A model generated the notes under the pieces. That model saw only the letters and a list, made by a program, of their open reading frames with translations. It ran no database searches and was not told the DNA's origin. The translations under genes were made by a program, and so were the position numbers. Of a DNA stretch of 64,000 nt, positions 7,833-16,150 are shown in pieces. Source of the DNA: an uncultured Smithella sp. (GTDB taxonomy: Bacteria > Desulfobacterota > Syntrophia > Syntrophales > Smithellaceae); the NCBI GenBank assembly GCA_964525155.1, contig CAZGDK010000001.1, positions 5,283 to 69,282 of the forward strand. Direction: 5' to 3'. Position 1 is the first letter of the stretch; the number at the start of each line of letters is the position of its first letter.

Positions 7833-9656
7833 TCACATCTCGACGCGCGTTACAATCCCCTGCAGGCGGCTGGGCGGCAGCTTGCTGAACTGGACAAAGT
7901 TGGGCGTGAGGCGCTTGATCAGGCTGAAGATCCGCCAGACGGGGTTTTTGGTCACGATGTCCTCGACGCCGTAGAAAATGACTTTTTCGGCAATGCCATG
8001 CTGTTTGATCAATCCCTCGATATCGAGCACCTCGCGGTAACCGGCCAGCACTTCAAACGATTCCATGCCGGGCGCCAGGTCCTGTTTCAGGCTCGCCTTT
8101 ACGCCGTAGGGCTCGTCGGTGCGGTTGATGGAAATCAGGACATTGCGCTCATAGATAATGTTGCTGCGGAAAATGCTGTGGACGATATACGGAGAAATCA
8201 TCTGATAGCCGCGGCAGAAGTAAAGCGCCGTGCCGGCAATGTTTCGTCCCTTGGCATAAATCTGTTCGTAGCTGATGAGAAAAGTTTCAAAATCCAGCGG
8301 CCGAAGCGCCTCGTACATGCTTTTTTGCCCCCGCGTCCAGACCAGGATCATGGTGAGCGGAATGGCGGCCAGAATCAGCGACCAGTAAGCGCCATGCGGC
8401 AGTTTGCCGAGCGTGGCGATAAAAAACGTGAAGGCAATGCCCGTCACTAAAACGGCGATGGGCAGTTTCCAGCGTACCTTTTTGATCTGTGAAAAGACAA
8501 CCATCATCATCAGGCCCGTGATGGTCATCGATCCGGTCACCGCCATGCCGTAAGCCGCCGCAAGGTTTTCCGATTTTTTAAACAGCAAAATCATAAAGAT
8601 CACGGCGCACATCAGCGTCCAATTCACGGCGGGAATAAAAATCTGCGATTTGTATTCACTGGAGGTGTAATTCACTTTCAGCAGCGGCATGATTCTCGTG
8701 GTAATGCCCTGATAAACGATGGAAAACGTTCCGCTGATGATCGACTGCGACGCAATGATGGTGGCCATAACGGTAAGCAGGAGAAAAGGAACATAAAGGT
8801 AATAGGCCTGATGCTGAACCATGCCGAACAAAAGATATTTGACCTCCGGGTGCTGAATGGCAAACACACCCTGCCCCATGTAATTGAGCAAGAGCGCGAC
8901 AAAAACAAAATACCACGCGTTCAGAATCGGTTTGCGGCCCAGATGGCCCATGTCGGCGTAGAGGGCCTCGCCCCCGGTGGCGCACAAAATGACTTCCGAA
9001 AGCACGAAAAATCCCGCAAGCCCGTTTTCAGAAAGAAACTTGAAGGCGTAATAGGGATTAACAGCCTTGAGGATCCCCGGCATGCTGGACAGAGAAATGA
9101 GTCCCGTCACGGCCAGGCAGATAAACCACACCAGCATGACCGGACCAAAAACGCCGGCAACTTTATCCGTGCCCTTGGACTGAACGGCAAAAAGGCCGAC
9201 GGCGATGGTAATGGCGATCAGAATCAGAATTTCCAGTCCGAGACCTTCCAGACCGGGAATCAGCAGGATACCTTCCACGGCGGATAAAACGGTAATCGCG
9301 GGCGTGATGACGCCGTCGCCCAGCAAAAGCGAAACGCCGATAAACGCCAGAAAACCGGCAAAGGCCAGCCTTCGCCCGGGCCGAAGCGTCTTGCCCAGAA
9401 TTTCCCGAAGCATCAGCTCACCACCCTGGCCTTTATAGGCAAGGCTCATCGCCAGCCAGGCGTATTCAACGGTGACGAGAATCAGCATCGTCCAGACGAC
9501 CAGCGACAAAATGCCCAGAACGCTGTCCATGGTGCGCGGGGTCAGGGCAAAAACAACCGTCAGGGTATAAATGGGGCTTGTGCCGATGTCGCCAAAAACG
9601 ATCCCCATGGCCCGGACAACGCCGCCGCCGAAAGAATGCGGTGAAAGAGTCTTCAA
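7833..9656 (-). CDS. kup: KUP/HAK/KT potassium uptake transporter
   Basis: 607 aa. It has the N-terminal signature GIVFGDIGTSPIYT, 12 TM-type hydrophobic segments and the conserved cytoplasmic C-terminal domain. Confidence 0.9.
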   Translation of the reverse strand: MKTLSPHSFGGGVVRAMGIVFGDIGTSPIYTLTVVFALTPRTMDSVLGILSLVVWTMLILVTVEYAWLAMSLAYKGQGGELMLREILGKTLRPGRRLAFAGFLAFIGVSLLLGDGVITPAITVLSAVEGILLIPGLEGLGLEILILIAITIAVGLFAVQSKGTDKVAGVFGPVMLVWFICLAVTGLISLSSMPGILKAVNPYYAFKFLSENGLAGFFVLSEVILCATGGEALYADMGHLGRKPILNAWYFVFVALLLNYMGQGVFAIQHPEVKYLLFGMVQHQAYYLYVPFLLLTVMATIIASQSIISGTFSIVYQGITTRIMPLLKVNYTSSEYKSQIFIPAVNWTLMCAVIFMILLFKKSENLAAAYGMAVTGSMTITGLMMMVVFSQIKKVRWKLPIAVLVTGIAFTFFIATLGKLPHGAYWSLILAAIPLTMILVWTRGQKSMYEALRPLDFETFLISYEQIYAKGRNIAGTALYFCRGYQMISPYIVHSIFRSNIIYERNVLISINRTDEPYGVKASLKQDLAPGMESFEVLAGYREVLDIEGLIKQHGIAEKVIFYGVEDIVTKNPVWRIFSLIKRLTPNFVQFSKLPPSRLQGIVTRVEM

Positions 9657-9891
9657 GATTTTCCCCCCATAAATGACTGCGCTGCAATATCATTGAATAA
9701 TAGGGCCGTCAAGTCTGTCGCTTCCTGAGCTTGCGCCCGGCGAAAATTTCTTCATTGACTTAAATCGTCATCCTGTTTATACTTCAACCCACTCATTTTT
9801 AAAACTGCTATTATCATCGTCAAACTGCGGGAACCGCGGGGTTATTGTCAATAAGACAAAACGTTTTTTTAACGGCAGGAGATTCTTCACC

Positions 9892-10971
9892 ATGCAGAAC
9901 CACATCACCCAAGAGCAACTGGAACAAACCATTTTTCGTCTGAGCCACGACCTTGAAGAGGCCCGGCGTCAGCAGGAAATATTGCAAAGGCGTCATGAAA
10001 AATTCACCGTCATCGCCGATTCCACCCCCATGGCCATGATGATGCATCAGGACGATCGCTGGCTTTATATCAACCATGCGGCTGAACTCATTTCCGGCTT
10101 CACTCTGGAGGAGCTCTATGACATGCACTTCCAGGATATGGTCCATCCGGATTTTCGGGGCCTGATCCCGGAGAAACACCCGCAGGACCGGCAAACATCC
10201 AGCCACTTGGAATTCAAAATCAGGACCAAGGACGGAGCGGATAAATGGGTAAACGGCGTTGAAATTTTAACGACTATCGGCGATCGACCCGCCTGGGTCA
10301 TTTCCCTGGTCGACATCACCGACCGTAAAAAAGCCGAAGAGGCGCTGCGCGCGTCCGAAGAAAAGTACCGCCTGCTGGCCGAAACGGCCACCGATGTCAT
10401 CTTTACGATGGATGAAAAGCTGCGTTTCACGTATATCAGCCCGTCGGTCACACGCATGCGCGGATACACCGTGGAAGAAGCCATGGCGCAGACCCCTTGC
10501 GAAGCTCTGACCCCGGCATCATACAATGTCGCCGTTAAAGTGTTTACCGACGAAATGGGCATGGAGCTAAACACAGGCAAGGACAAAAACCGGATCCGCG
10601 TTCTGGAGCTTGAAGAAATCTGCAAGGACGGGTCCACCAAATGGACGGAAAGTATTTTCAACGCCATCCGCGATGATGAAGGCAAGTTCATTGGCATGCT
10701 CGGCATTACCCGCGATATTACGGATCGCAAGCGGGCGGAGGAAGAGCGCGAAAGACTGATCACGGAAAAACGCAAGGCCCTCTCGGAAGTTAAAATTCTC
10801 AGCGGCATGCTGCCGATTTGCTCGGCGTGCAAAAAAATCCGCGACGATCAGGGCTACTGGAATCAGATCGAAACCTACATCAAAACCCATTCCGAAGCCA
10901 ATTTCACCCACGGCCTTTGCCCGGAATGCGCCAAGGCCTATTACCCGGCGTCCCATCCCCAAGACGCATAA
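9892..10971 (+). CDS. Tandem PAS sensor protein with C-terminal Cys-rich (CxxC...HGxCPxC) tail
   Basis: Two PAS modules each end in ITDRK[KR]AEE. The C-terminus is ILSGMLPICSACKKIRDDQGYWNQIETYIKTHSEANFTHGLCPECAKAYY. No kinase, GGDEF or HTH output domain is present. Confidence 0.8.
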   Translation: MQNHITQEQLEQTIFRLSHDLEEARRQQEILQRRHEKFTVIADSTPMAMMMHQDDRWLYINHAAELISGFTLEELYDMHFQDMVHPDFRGLIPEKHPQDRQTSSHLEFKIRTKDGADKWVNGVEILTTIGDRPAWVISLVDITDRKKAEEALRASEEKYRLLAETATDVIFTMDEKLRFTYISPSVTRMRGYTVEEAMAQTPCEALTPASYNVAVKVFTDEMGMELNTGKDKNRIRVLELEEICKDGSTKWTESIFNAIRDDEGKFIGMLGITRDITDRKRAEEERERLITEKRKALSEVKILSGMLPICSACKKIRDDQGYWNQIETYIKTHSEANFTHGLCPECAKAYYPASHPQDA

Positions 10972-11007
10972 TCCGGCGCCCGCGCGCCGACAACAAGGAC
11001 CCATCTG

Positions 11008-12675
11008 ATGATAAAATATGTATTGTGGATTGCCGCAGCGATCGTCTTTGCCGCCTGCCCGCTTTACGCGGCTTCGTACTATGTCGATCAAAACCATCCC
11101 GCCGCCGCGGATGCAAACCCCGGCACTGAGGCCCTGCCCTGGAAAACCATCGGCAAGGCCAACAGCGCGCTTTTGGCGGGCGACACCGTCTATATCAAAG
11201 CAGGTGCATACAACGACGCCACCATCCAGCCCGCCCACTCCGGCTCATCGGAGGCGCTAAGGATCACCTACCGCAATTATGAAAACGATGTCGTCACCAT
11301 CGCAAACGCCGTGACTTACAGCGTCGGCTTGCGCCTGGATACCAAATCCTACATCACGGTCCATGGCCTCAATTTCACCGGACAGAACCGTTTTCTTTAC
11401 ATCCGGCAGAACTCCAGCCACAACATCATCGCGTACTGCAATTTCGACGACGCCAAACTGACAAACGGCGCTATCGCCACCTGGGCTGGATCGGTTATCT
11501 CGGGAAGTTCCCAGCACAACTGGATTCATCACTGCCGCTTTTCCAACTATGGCTACTACAACGCAGACGATATCGGCTGCGTGCTCGACATCGGCGCAGA
11601 AGAAAACAAAGAGGATGAAACCCGCTACAATTTAATTGAAAATAACGTCTTTTATCACGGCGGCCACCATGTGGTGGGCGTTTACGGAAAATACAATGTC
11701 ATCCGCAACAACTATTTTCACAATGAGCCCTGGGCGCTGGGCACGGCCGCCTCGGATCGCGGCGCGGTTCTTTATGGGAACCGCAACCTGTCATTTTCCG
11801 GCTACAGCGAAAACGGCGGACGCAATCTCTTTGAAAGCAACCGCGTCGGCTATTCCTCGGACCCGTCCGACAATAACGGCGCCTCCGGCATGGCGCTCAA
11901 TTCCAGCGAGAACATTGTTCGCTTCAATACCTTTTTCAACAACATCAGCGCGGGGCTAAGCCTGAGCCTGACGTCCAGCTATCTGCAAAGCATCGTGCGC
12001 AACAAGGTTTATTCCAATACGTTTTTCAACAACGGGCACAATCCCTACGATCCGGTGGACCACATGAGCTCCGGCATCGGCCTGGGCATTTACAGCGGGT
12101 CGCTGGTTATTGAAAACAACGTGTTTAAAAACAACCTGCTTTATGCGCACACGCTGGCCATCGGAGAATACAACATCAACACGTCCAACCGCAAAGGACT
12201 TATCGCGGCTCAGGTCTTCGCCAACAACTGGGACGGCGACACGCAGGGCGACCCAAAATTTGTCAACGCCGATACGGCCTTTTATGATCCCATGCTCGTC
12301 ACGCTGCCCAACCTGAGGCTTCAGGACACAAGCCCCTGCAAGGACGCAGGCACGCATTTAACAACCATCACCTCCGCCTCCGGGTCCGGAACCACATTTA
12401 CCGTCGCCGACGCAGGATACTTTATGGACGGCTGGGGCGTAAGCGGCATTGGGGGCGACCGGATTCAGCTGGCGGGCGCGGTGCAGAAAGCCCGCATCCT
12501 GTCCGTCAATTATGCGACAAACACGATCACCGTGGACACGACACTATCCTGGACGCAGGGCCAGGGCGTAAGCCTTCCGTATGAAGGAACGGCGCCGGAC
12601 GCGGGCGCGTACGAAATCGGCGCGGCTTCGGACTCCATGGCGCCCGCGGCGCCGCGGGGCCTGACCGTAAACTGA
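11008..12675 (+). CDS. Secreted right-handed parallel beta-helix repeat protein (pectate-lyase-fold)
   Basis: A signal peptide MIKYVLWIAAAIVFAACPLYAAS is followed by YYVDQNHP...GTEALPWKTIGKA...AGDTVYIKAGAY. There are many N/G/I-rich coil repeats (NNVFYH, IRNNYFHN, ENNVFKNN). Confidence 0.7.
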   Translation: MIKYVLWIAAAIVFAACPLYAASYYVDQNHPAAADANPGTEALPWKTIGKANSALLAGDTVYIKAGAYNDATIQPAHSGSSEALRITYRNYENDVVTIANAVTYSVGLRLDTKSYITVHGLNFTGQNRFLYIRQNSSHNIIAYCNFDDAKLTNGAIATWAGSVISGSSQHNWIHHCRFSNYGYYNADDIGCVLDIGAEENKEDETRYNLIENNVFYHGGHHVVGVYGKYNVIRNNYFHNEPWALGTAASDRGAVLYGNRNLSFSGYSENGGRNLFESNRVGYSSDPSDNNGASGMALNSSENIVRFNTFFNNISAGLSLSLTSSYLQSIVRNKVYSNTFFNNGHNPYDPVDHMSSGIGLGIYSGSLVIENNVFKNNLLYAHTLAIGEYNINTSNRKGLIAAQVFANNWDGDTQGDPKFVNADTAFYDPMLVTLPNLRLQDTSPCKDAGTHLTTITSASGSGTTFTVADAGYFMDGWGVSGIGGDRIQLAGAVQKARILSVNYATNTITVDTTLSWTQGQGVSLPYEGTAPDAGAYEIGAASDSMAPAAPRGLTVN

Positions 12676-12685
12676 TCCGGACGAG

Positions 12686-12718
12686 AAAAAAAAAGACGGA
12701 CACAAGGTCCGTCTTTTG
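12686..12718. terminator. Bidirectional rho-independent terminator between convergent genes
   Basis: The sequence is A9-AGACGGAC-acaag-GTCCGTCT-TTT: an 8-bp GC-rich stem flanked by an A-run and a T-run. It sits between the stop of 11008..12675 (+) and the stop of the GH12 gene (-). Confidence 0.7.
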
Positions 12719-12738
12719 CCGGGTGAAAAGGTCAATGC

Positions 12739-13476
12739 TCAGTTGGACGTTACTGAGTAGCTGTTCATCTGGAAATTCAGTCCACCGCTCGAAGAGGTAA
12801 TTTCCCACCCTAACTGCACTTTATTGACGGTTACGTCGCCGAACCATCCTTTATTTTTAATCCAGGCGCAGATGGCTCTGATGTCCACCGTGCCGGATGT
12901 GGTGTTGCTCGTGCGCACAAAGGAATACACCGCATTGGAGCCATTCGACCCTTTATAGACGTTCCAGGTATGGCCGCCGATCGTCTGATTTTTATAGGCG
13001 GCAACCGGTTTTCCGCTTGCATCCCAGCTCTGGGCGATCGGTCCCACCGAACCGCGCTTGTTCATCCACAGCATGATTTCATATTTATTATTATTGCACC
13101 AGATGTCGTAAGCCGTGTTATATGATCCGGAACTGGGAACCGTGCACTTGAAACTGCTTTTCAACCGGTAAATGGCGCTGATCTTCTTATTGATGACTTT
13201 TTCGCAGTTCGGATACGATTTAATGCCGCTGGTGTTGGGGTGATTGGCCCAGACGCCCCAGTTGCTGTAGGAATTGGCCCAGATGCTCTGGGCGCCCGCA
13301 CCGCTGCCCCAGATGTTGTTGTAAAGCGTGTACCCGCCGTTGGTCCAGGTAGCCCACTTAGCCGACGACGACCAGACGGCCTTAACGTCCATGTTTTCGT
13401 TGGCCATGTTGATGCTTGACTGATGAAATACCGCAAAGGCCAATGCGACCAGCAATACAACAGCAAACCTTTTCAT
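12739..13476 (-). CDS. Secreted glycoside hydrolase family 12 (endo-beta-1,4-glucanase/xyloglucanase-like)
   Basis: It has its own signal peptide MKRFAVVLLVALAFAVF, preceded by GGGAGGG 9 nt upstream of the ATG at 13476. GH12 blocks are present: WATWTNGGYTLYNNIWG, IKSYPN, AYDIW, YEIMLWMNKRGSVGPIA (nucleophile Glu), VYSFVRTSNTTSGTVDI, and QLGWEITSSSG (acid/base Glu). It aligns closely with Trichoderma/Streptomyces Cel12-type sequences from memory. Confidence 0.85.
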   Translation of the reverse strand: MKRFAVVLLVALAFAVFHQSSINMANENMDVKAVWSSSAKWATWTNGGYTLYNNIWGSGAGAQSIWANSYSNWGVWANHPNTSGIKSYPNCEKVINKKISAIYRLKSSFKCTVPSSGSYNTAYDIWCNNNKYEIMLWMNKRGSVGPIAQSWDASGKPVAAYKNQTIGGHTWNVYKGSNGSNAVYSFVRTSNTTSGTVDIRAICAWIKNKGWFGDVTVNKVQLGWEITSSSGGLNFQMNSYSVTSN

Positions 13477-14034
13477 AAAGAATAACCCTCCCATCATGGA
13501 TTGATTGCCAACGCCCAGTCCCGCGGACGTAACTTCTTTATTAAACGGGATGTTGCCCCCAAGCTCCAGCGCCCAGTACCCTTCATGATGGGCGGCCCCC
13601 ATCTCCGTATACTGGCCGTCCATCATATTTTTACAGTGGCTCTCGGAATTTTTCCATCCCCGGATGACGTCGTAAACCGAAGAGCTTCCCCGCCCGATAT
13701 TTTCTCCCACAACGGAACCGGGATACCCCAGCGCCGCCGCCCTTTGAACCGGAACGCTGCCATCCGGCCCGATGTGTTCAAAATACGAGTTGCGCTGCAT
13801 GTCTCTGGCATGGAACCTTGCGGCTTTCTCCAGGGTCACATTCCAGGAAAGCTCGCTCACGGGCGGCATCACGTCCCGGCCGCAGCGCCCACCCTCGCGT
13901 CTGAACTTATTGACTTCACCGAGCATCAACGCTGAAATCTTTTGATCATCCGGGTTTTTCTTTTGATCACACCCGGTCGTGGTCGCCACGACGGCCAATA
14001 AAAAAATCAAGACGAATAATTTAAACCGCCGCAT
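13477..14034 (-). CDS. CAP/SCP (YkwD-like) domain lipoprotein; the frame runs without a stop into the GH12 gene
   Basis: A lipobox is present (LLAVVATTTGC). CAP blocks are present: LSWNVTLEKAARFHARDMQRNSYFEH, GENIGRG, VIRGWKNSESHCKNMM, YTEMGAA. No in-frame stop lies between the CAP domain end (~aa 160) and the GH12 signal peptide, so the track shows one 431-aa ORF (12739..14034). Confidence 0.7.
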
Positions 14035-14048
14035 CGCCGGATGATTTA

Positions 14049-14381
14049 CTAAAACACGTAGGCCGGTTTTGCGTTGACAGCCGTATCCATTTTAAAGGAC
14101 AGCACATTTGCATTCACTTCCGAGATTAATGTAAACTCGGTTGAAATTTGATTCAGATTCATGACAAAATACGCACCGGCGCCTTTTCTGACGATATAAG
14201 CGCCCTCATAGAGATTTTCCTCTCCCAGGTGCGTATCCACAACCCAGCGTGTCTGTCCGTTGTCCGACACTCTCGGCATGATGGTGCAATCTTCAAAGGG
14301 ACACAATTCCTTTATCTCCCACTTCCAAACCGCTACCGGCGTTTTTGGAAACAAATTAATGATCTGTCCTATTGGTCTCAT
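14049..14381 (-). CDS. Hypothetical 110-aa protein (no recognisable domain, no signal peptide)
   Basis: The ORF is tightly packed: its ATG overlaps the stop of the upstream 39-aa ORF (ATGA), and its stop is 14 nt before the CAP gene start. Confidence 0.55.
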   Translation of the reverse strand: MRPIGQIINLFPKTPVAVWKWEIKELCPFEDCTIMPRVSDNGQTRWVVDTHLGEENLYEGAYIVRKGAGAYFVMNLNQISTEFTLISEVNANVLSFKMDTAVNAKPAYVF

Positions 14382-14497
14382 AACTTAGCAACCTCCATAA
14401 GCAACATCGACATATCCTCGGCAAATTGAATCAGCATCCGGCTCAGTTCGATATTGTGATTTTCAACAGCACGCATGATTTCGAATAATTCTTCCAT
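14378..14497 (-). CDS. Small 39-aa helical protein, paralog of the N-terminal half of the 75-aa ORF upstream (not in ORF track)
   Basis: Manual translation gives MEELFEIMRAVENHNIELSRMLIQFAEDMSMLLMEVAKL*. It aligns without gaps to MENVMEMMTAVKDYNLEICKGMNTLTRDMAKLHFEAVEQ of ORF 14548..14775 (11/39 identical, many conservative). Its stop overlaps the next start. Confidence 0.4.
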   Translation of the reverse strand: MEELFEIMRAVENHNIELSRMLIQFAEDMSMLLMEVAKL

Positions 14498-14547
14498 GGC
14501 TTCTCATCCATCTTCGAACGTTAAATGTCCGCTGTGTCCAATCCTTG

Positions 14548-14775
14548 TTAAAGCGGCATGGCGCAGGTCAATCCTTTTTCCGCGTAATCACAGGCATCCT
14601 TTTTTGCGGTTTCGGAACGTTTCTGAAAAACCACCTGCTCCACAGCTTCAAAATGCAATTTGGCCATATCCCGGGTAAGGGTATTCATACCTTTGCAAAT
14701 TTCGAGATTGTAATCTTTTACAGCAGTCATCATTTCCATTACGTTTTCCATTTTTTCCACCATTTCCATGAACAT
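14548..14775 (-). CDS. Small 75-aa Met/Glu-rich helical protein, first gene of the minus-strand accessory operon
   Basis: This is a track ORF with several alternative Met starts (MFMEMVEKMENVMEMM). It is paralogous to the 39-aa ORF downstream. The C-terminal tail has two Cys (KDACDYAEKGLTCAMPL). Confidence 0.5.
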   Translation of the reverse strand: MFMEMVEKMENVMEMMTAVKDYNLEICKGMNTLTRDMAKLHFEAVEQVVFQKRSETAKKDACDYAEKGLTCAMPL

Positions 14776-14876
14776 TGAGCTTCAGCTTCCGTATACCACT
14801 CCAACATACTCTTACCCGGGATACCTAACCTTGAACTCCCCTAATCAGAATAACGCCCCCTCCGACATACATCCCT

Positions 14877-14893
14877 TACAACATGCATGCCAA
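14877..14893 (-). promoter_or_regulatory. Candidate sigma-54 (-24/-12) promoter for the small-protein/CAP/GH12 operon
   Basis: The minus strand reads TTGGCATGCATGTTGTA, which compares with YTGGCACGrNNNTTGCW. GG to -12 spacing is correct, but the -12 element is GT instead of GC. It lies about 100 nt upstream of the ATG at 14775 and downstream of an AT-rich stretch and a palindromic repeat cluster. Confidence 0.35.
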
Positions 14894-14950
14894 TTTTCCA
14901 TAAACACGTATCATATTGAATATTATAGATATTTATTAAACACAGGCCGA

Positions 14951-15027
14951 TGGGACACTCGGAGTGTCCCATGTCCCAAGACACATCTGTCCCAAAGTAA
15001 AACAAAGTGAGACGAGGCGTGGGACAC
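14951..15027. promoter_or_regulatory. Cluster of five TGGGACA/TGTCCCA heptamers including a perfect 10-1-10 palindrome (putative activator binding site/UAS)
   Basis: TGGGACACTC-g-GAGTGTCCCA occupies 14951..14971. Further copies are TGTCCCA at 14972 and 14988 and TGGGACA at 15020. The cluster is intergenic, between the anti-sigma stop (15041) and the small-protein operon. Confidence 0.45.
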
Positions 15028-15040
15028 TTCCCAAAAAGGA

Positions 15041-16150
15041 TTATTCTAAGTGTTTGATTTCCAAGGTGATATAGACATTCCGCCCCTCGCTGTCCCGAGG
15101 ACGGACGTTTTCCTGCACCTGTCCGATCTTTTTTACCGTAGACAGGAAATTCTCTAAATATTTTGAGTTCATTTCAATCCGAAGGCGCATGGTTCCATGT
15201 GACGCCTGCCGGGACAGTATCCTGGCCTCGTTTGCGGCCAGCCATTTTTCAATATGGGACAGTGCCGCGGAAACATCCGCCGCTTTCAGCACCATATCCG
15301 GGGGCCGCGGACCGGCAACCGATGCCGCCATGGACCGGGGGGCGGCCGTCTTAGCCAATTCCTTCTTTTTCACGCTGCCTTCAGCCAAAAGGGCTTCGTT
15401 TTTCCGTTCCCGATCCGCCAGGGCGGACTTCACTTCCTGAGGCATCGCCCCAACTGAAGGAGGAGCCTCGGGTTGTGCGATCATCCGTCCTTCGGGCCCT
15501 GCGTCGTGAGCGGGCACGCGATCTTCTTTCCGATTCGCCGCCTCCCCGGCGCGGCCGGCATCCTTTTCGAAAACGGACTGAGCCTTGATGCCGGGCTCTG
15601 TTTTTTGCCGGGCTCCGGCGGTTTCAGCCATCCCTTTTCGCGGTTCCTGATCGCGGCGAATCTCTTCGCGCACAATAACCTTTTTATCCGGAGCGGCGGG
15701 CGCGGAAACGGCAGGGACCTCGGGCCGTCGCGAAGGCAACGCCTGATCCCGGCTGATTTCAACAGACGGCGATCTCATACCCGGTACAATTTTGCCGGCC
15801 TCTTCATCCCCCGAACGGTAGATATACACGGCCAAAACCGCGATGACGAGCGTGGCCATGACCTGAAGAGGAATTTTGATACGAAGTGGATAAAACCATT
15901 TTTGGGCCAGAGTTTTCTTTTCGGCTTCTTTGCGCACTTCGGCCATAATTTTCTGCTGAAACCACGGCGGCTCCAAAACGTCGGGAAGCCGCCGCACCAG
16001 CCGCCCCGCTTTTTGCAGATACGCCCGTTCCTTGCGGCATGACGCGCAGGCGGCCAGATGCTCTTCCACATCGTGTTTTTCCGCGTCGGACAAGGCCCCT
16101 TCCGAATCCAGAAGCGGCAGCAGATTTTCGATGTCCCGGCACTTTTTCAT
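15041..16150 (-). CDS. Anti-sigma factor (zf-HC2 type) with one TM segment and a charged/Pro-rich periplasmic region
   Basis: The N-terminus HDVEEHLAACASCRKE is the H-x3-C-x2-C anti-sigma zinc motif. A TM helix LQVMATLVIAVLAVYIY is present. Its start overlaps the sigma gene stop (ATGA). Confidence 0.8.
   Translation of the reverse strand: MKKCRDIENLLPLLDSEGALSDAEKHDVEEHLAACASCRKERAYLQKAGRLVRRLPDVLEPPWFQQKIMAEVRKEAEKKTLAQKWFYPLRIKIPLQVMATLVIAVLAVYIYRSGDEEAGKIVPGMRSPSVEISRDQALPSRRPEVPAVSAPAAPDKKVIVREEIRRDQEPRKGMAETAGARQKTEPGIKAQSVFEKDAGRAGEAANRKEDRVPAHDAGPEGRMIAQPEAPPSVGAMPQEVKSALADRERKNEALLAEGSVKKKELAKTAAPRSMAASVAGPRPPDMVLKAADVSAALSHIEKWLAANEARILSRQASHGTMRLRIEMNSKYLENFLSTVKKIGQVQENVRPRDSEGRNVYITLEIKHLE

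Noticed and set aside
6589-7836. 415-aa minus-strand ORF covering the CDF transporter gene
   Set aside because: It is antisense to a gene with clear CDF motifs. Its translation is R/H/G/D-rich low-complexity with no recognisable domain, typical of a shadow ORF in GC-rich DNA.
7683-8450. 255-aa plus-strand ORF overlapping the 3' end of the CDF gene and kup
   Set aside because: It overlaps two well-supported genes on both strands and has no domain signal.
9657-9891. Possible riboswitch or leader upstream of kup (for example the c-di-AMP class, which controls K+ transporters in some bacteria)
   Set aside because: Reading both strands, I could not recognise the conserved helices or ACGGGGA/CCCGA-type motifs of that class. 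The region looks like an ordinary divergent promoter region. A covariance-model scan would be needed to be sure.
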